From the NCBI RefSeq assembly GCF_016124325.1, contig NZ_WGNY01000026.1, forward strand, positions 4,204 through 68,203: 64,000 nt of DNA, in the 5' to 3' direction. The position numbers and the translations under genes are program-made. Source of the stretch: Phenylobacterium sp. (GTDB lineage Bacteria > Pseudomonadota > Alphaproteobacteria > Caulobacterales > Caulobacteraceae). Within the stretch, counting starts at the first letter, position 1. Every line of letters begins with the position of its first letter. Under the pieces are notes generated by a model. It was given only the letters and a program-made list of their open reading frames with translations. It ran no database searches and had not been told where the DNA came from. This document shows positions 61,598-64,000 of the stretch, piece by piece.

Positions 61598-62245
61598 CTA
61601 GAAGCGGTAGCCGAAGCCCGCCGAGACCACCCACGGATCCAGGTGGACCTTGGACTTGATCCCGTTGGTCTTGTCGACGGCGTCGGTCTTGAAGGCGACC
61701 TTCTTCACGTCGAGGTTCAGGCTCCAGGGCCCGCCGGTGGCGATGTCGACGCCCGCCTGGGCGGCCAGGCCGAACCCGTCGTCGAGCTTCAGGTTGAACC
61801 CGTTCTTGTCCGAGCCGCTGTAGAACAGCATGTAGTTCACGCCGGCGCCCACGTAGGGGCTGATCCGCTGATCCGGCGCGAAGTGATACTGCAGCGAGAC
61901 GATCGGCGGCAGGACCCAGGTTTCCTTGACCTTGATGTCGGTCCCCGGACCCTTGGCCTTGACGGTGTGCTTGGTCGTCCCGGCGATCACCTCGACCGCC
62001 ACGTGATCAGTGAAGAAGTAGGTCAGGCCCAGGGTCGGCATGACGTCGTAGTTCACGTCGGCGCGCAGCCCGGTGGACGCGCCGGCCAGGGTGGTGATCG
62101 GGTCGGTGCCGCTCGGCGCGACCTGGGTGATGCGCAGGTCGACGACCTTGGTCCCGGCGGCCTTCGGCTTGAAATCCTGCGCCTGGGCGACCCCGGCGAC
62201 AGCCAGCGCGGCCATCAGCGGCAGCGCCATCATCTTGGTCTTCAT
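61598..62245 (-). CDS. ompW: OmpW family outer-membrane protein
   Basis: 215 aa from ATG 62245 (RBS AAGGGGA). Signal peptide MKTKMMALPLMAALAVAGVAQA. Blocks YFFTDHVAVE and PYVGAGVNY, with C-terminal GFGYRF. Confidence 0.9.
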   Translation of the reverse strand: MKTKMMALPLMAALAVAGVAQAQDFKPKAAGTKVVDLRITQVAPSGTDPITTLAGASTGLRADVNYDVMPTLGLTYFFTDHVAVEVIAGTTKHTVKAKGPGTDIKVKETWVLPPIVSLQYHFAPDQRISPYVGAGVNYMLFYSGSDKNGFNLKLDDGFGLAAQAGVDIATGGPWSLNLDVKKVAFKTDAVDKTNGIKSKVHLDPWVVSAGFGYRF

Positions 62246-62309
62246 TTCTATCCCCTTCTCGGCGGCGAACGCCGCGAAGGCACCCTGGTCCCACGCCCCA
62301 AGCGCGGCC

Positions 62310-62323
62310 TTGATCTGCCGCAA
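62310..62323. promoter_or_regulatory. FixK/FNR-type box TTGATCTGCCGCAA upstream of ompW
   Basis: Matches TTG(A/C)-N6-(T/G)CAA. Lies 65-78 nt upstream of the ompW ATG. Confidence 0.45.
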
Positions 62324-62349
62324 AACGAACGTTTAAATTTGTATGGCGT

Positions 62350-62745
62350 TCAACGAGCCGACAGGGCGCTCACGGCCCAGGGCGTCAGGCCCATGGCGAG
62401 CAGGCCGAGCGGCATGAGGCCGCCGCGGGCGAGGTTGTAGTCGGCGGCGATATCGCGCCAGCCCAGGCCCAGCATCCGGCCGAGCGCCACCTCGAAGACG
62501 ACGGTCATGGCGACCCACAGCGCCCCCACGCCGAGCGCCGCAGCGACGCTGGGCGGACGGAGCCAGCGCCGCAGCAGCCAGGTGATGGCGAAGATCACGA
62601 GGACGCCGGTCAGCACCGAGAACTGGCGCACGAAGCGCTCGACCTCGGGGCCGAGCAGCGCGCGGCGCAACGCACCCTGAGCGCTCTCGGCGAGCATGAG
62701 GAGCAGCCAGACCAAGACGGCGCGGGCGACGGCCGGCAGGGGCAC
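62350..62745 (-). CDS. four-helix membrane protein, hypothetical
   Basis: GTG at 62745 with AGGAG 6 nt upstream. 131 aa. The upstream part of track ORF 62350..62895 overlaps the preceding gene and looks non-coding. Confidence 0.5.
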   Translation of the reverse strand: MPLPAVARAVLVWLLLMLAESAQGALRRALLGPEVERFVRQFSVLTGVLVIFAITWLLRRWLRPPSVAAALGVGALWVAMTVVFEVALGRMLGLGWRDIAADYNLARGGLMPLGLLAMGLTPWAVSALSAR

Positions 62746-62771
62746 GGCGGTCTCCTGGCCGCGCGCGGCGG

Positions 62772-63029
62772 TCAGCGCGCGCGGAGCGGCGGCGGAGCCG
62801 GCCGCCACGCGACGGCGAAAGCGGCGAGCCCCGCCAGGACGAGGCTCGCCGCCGCGTAACACCAGCCACAATGGGGATGAGGACCGGCGCCGCAAATCGC
62901 GCCAAGGGCGGCCATGTGCTCGCGCGCGAGGTCGGCCGCGAGCGCTGCGGACAGCAGGAGAACCGCCCCCAACAGACTCGCTCCGATACGCAGGAATGCG
63001 TCTTCACCCGACGCAGCGCGCTCACGCAT
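62772..63029 (-). CDS. small two-helix membrane protein with HPHCGWC motif (85 aa)
   Basis: ATG at 63029 with an AAGGAGAAG RBS. Two hydrophobic helices flank GAGPHPHCGWCY. Confidence 0.55.
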   Translation of the reverse strand: MRERAASGEDAFLRIGASLLGAVLLLSAALAADLAREHMAALGAICGAGPHPHCGWCYAAASLVLAGLAAFAVAWRPAPPPLRAR

Positions 63030-63079
63030 GGACTTCTCCTTGAACGTGAAAGAGATGCGCCTTCTGGCCGCAATCGTCG

Positions 63080-63093
63080 TTGACGCATGTCAA
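63080..63093. promoter_or_regulatory. FNR/FixK box TTGACGCATGTCAA (perfect inverted repeat) in the ccoN divergent promoter
   Basis: TTGAC-N4-GTCAA, compared with the consensus TTGAT-N4-ATCAA. Lies 60-73 nt upstream of the ccoN ATG and 51-64 nt upstream of the divergent 85-aa gene. Confidence 0.6.
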
Positions 63094-63152
63094 GGTGACG
63101 CCTTTCGCGCTGCGGCATGACCTCGGCCGTCTCAAAAGCGAGCTGGGGATTC

Positions 63153-64000
63153 ATGTCACAGGCTGTCGCACCGTCGGACGACGCGCCGTTCGACGCCGTT
63201 CTACTCTACGTCTTCACCGGCGTCGCCGCATTGGCGTCGATGCTGGCTGCGGCGTTCACGCCGGACCCGCTGTTCCGGTTTCACAGCTATGTCCTGATGG
63301 CCGCCTTCACGGTCGCGTTCTTCGCGATCTCGGTGGGCATGGCGTCCGGAAAGCTCAAATCGGATCCCACCCGCTACGCCGACGGCGTGATCCGGGCGGG
63401 GGTCATCGCCACCATGTTCTGGGCGATCGCAGGCCTCGCCGCGGGCGCCCTGGCGGCCGCGCAGCTCAGCTGGCCCAACATCTTCTACAACGCCGACCTG
63501 CCGTTCCTGAATTTCGGCCGCCTGCGACCGCTGCACACCTCGGCGGTGATCTTTGCGTTCGGGGGCAACGCCCTGATCGCGACCTCCTTCTACGTCGTCC
63601 AGCGCACCTGCAAGGCGCGGCTGGCCGGCGGCGTCTGGCCGTGGTTCGTGTTCTGGGGCTACCAGCTCTTCATCGTCCTGGCCGCCACCGGCTATCTCGC
63701 GGGCATCACGCAGAGCCGCGAATACGCCGAACCCGAGTGGTACGTGGACGTGTGGCTGACCATCGTCTGGGTCGCCTACCTGCTCGTCTTCCTGGGCACG
63801 ATCTGGAAGCGCAAGGAACCCCACATCTACGTGGCCAACTGGTTCTACCTGGCCTTCATCGTCACCATCGCGATCCTGCACCTGGTGAACAACGCCGCCC
63901 TGCCGGTCGGCCTGCTCGAAACCAAGAGCTACTCGGCCTTCGCGGGCGTGCAGGACGCTCTGACCCAATGGTGGTACGGCCACAACGCGGTGGGTTTCTT
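63153..64000 (+). CDS. ccoN: cytochrome c oxidase cbb3-type subunit I, 5' part (runs off the window)
   Basis: An ORF open from ATG 63153 to the window edge, and not in the track because it has no stop. Sequence [10 protein letters not shown]...[22 protein letters not shown]...[32 protein letters not shown]...[11 protein letters not shown] is typical CcoN. Track ORF 63201..63983(-) is its antisense shadow. Confidence 0.9.
   Translation, partial: MSQAVAPSDDAPFDAVLLYVFTGVAALASMLAAAFTPDPLFRFHSYVLMAAFTVAFFAISVGMASGKLKSDPTRYADGVIRAGVIATMFWAIAGLAAGALAAAQLSWPNIFYNADLPFLNFGRLRPLHTSAVIFAFGGNALIATSFYVVQRTCKARLAGGVWPWFVFWGYQLFIVLAATGYLAGITQSREYAEPEWYVDVWLTIVWVAYLLVFLGTIWKRKEPHIYVANWFYLAFIVTIAILHLVNNAALPVGLLETKSYSAFAGVQDALTQWWYGHNAVGF

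Noticed and set aside
63201-63983. 260-aa minus-strand ORF at the right edge
   Set aside because: It is antisense to an unmistakable CcoN reading frame, which the track omits only because it has no stop inside the window.
1-64000. CRISPR arrays, rRNA genes, IS elements, transposases, integrases, phage structural genes, toxin-antitoxin pairs, known defence systems
   Set aside because: I found no regularly spaced direct repeats, no rRNA-like segments, and no transposase, integrase or phage-like translations in any credible ORF. The only recombinase-like gene (32042) is degenerate.

Overview
The window is a GC-rich (codon third positions almost all G/C) chromosomal segment. It looks like an alphaproteobacterium of the Caulobacterales type: it has a PodJ-like polar localisation factor, a subclass B3 metallo-beta-lactamase, a TonB-dependent receptor and cbb3 oxidase. 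I call about 68 protein genes and one tRNA-Gly(CCC). I found no rRNA, no CRISPR array and no intact IS, transposase or prophage. All calls rest on motifs I recognise by eye in the ORF translations, on start codon and RBS inspection, and on hairpins and palindromes read from the DNA. No database search was possible. Many long ORFs in the track are Arg/Gly/Pro-rich antisense or off-frame shadows typical of high-GC DNA, and I rejected them.

Layout:
- 0-18 kb: housekeeping and envelope genes (acyl-CoA dehydrogenase, MprF-like, podJ, TauE/TIGR02186 pair, DsbA/Crp, TauD, amidohydrolase).
- 18-22.5 kb: RcnB-like protein, an unusual LuxR/alpha-beta-hydrolase fusion, and several orphan small proteins.
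- 22.5-30 kb: peptide and amino-acid catabolism (amidohydrolase, M19 dipeptidase, ornithine cyclodeaminase, M13 peptidase, Crp).
- 30-39 kb: hybrid kinase, degenerate serine-recombinase-like gene, lipoprotein-TBDR operon, minimal K+ channel + YccF, DUF6065, tRNA-Gly.
- 39-54 kb: dcd, metZ, LPS glycosyltransferases, infC, B3 MBL, two tandem MFS pumps, PAS hybrid kinase, ADH.
- 54-64 kb: a stress/hypoxia-looking block (SDR, NQO, HdeD, AI-2E, two tandem-USP proteins, host-attachment protein + beta-CASP RNase, OmpW, two small membrane proteins, ccoN). It carries three FNR/FixK-type boxes.

Most interesting candidates:
1. A host-attachment (proposed eRF1-like) protein tightly linked to a beta-CASP RNase inside the FixK-box block. 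This could be an RNA/ribosome quality-control module.
2. A regulator with two LuxR-type HTH motifs fused to an alpha/beta-hydrolase fold that has Asp at the nucleophile elbow.
3. A lipoprotein-TBDR operon with an internal GNRA-capped terminator, flanked by a degenerate recombinase and a tRNA.
4. infC probably starts at an in-frame AUU, and its stop overlaps the start of the B3 metallo-beta-lactamase gene.
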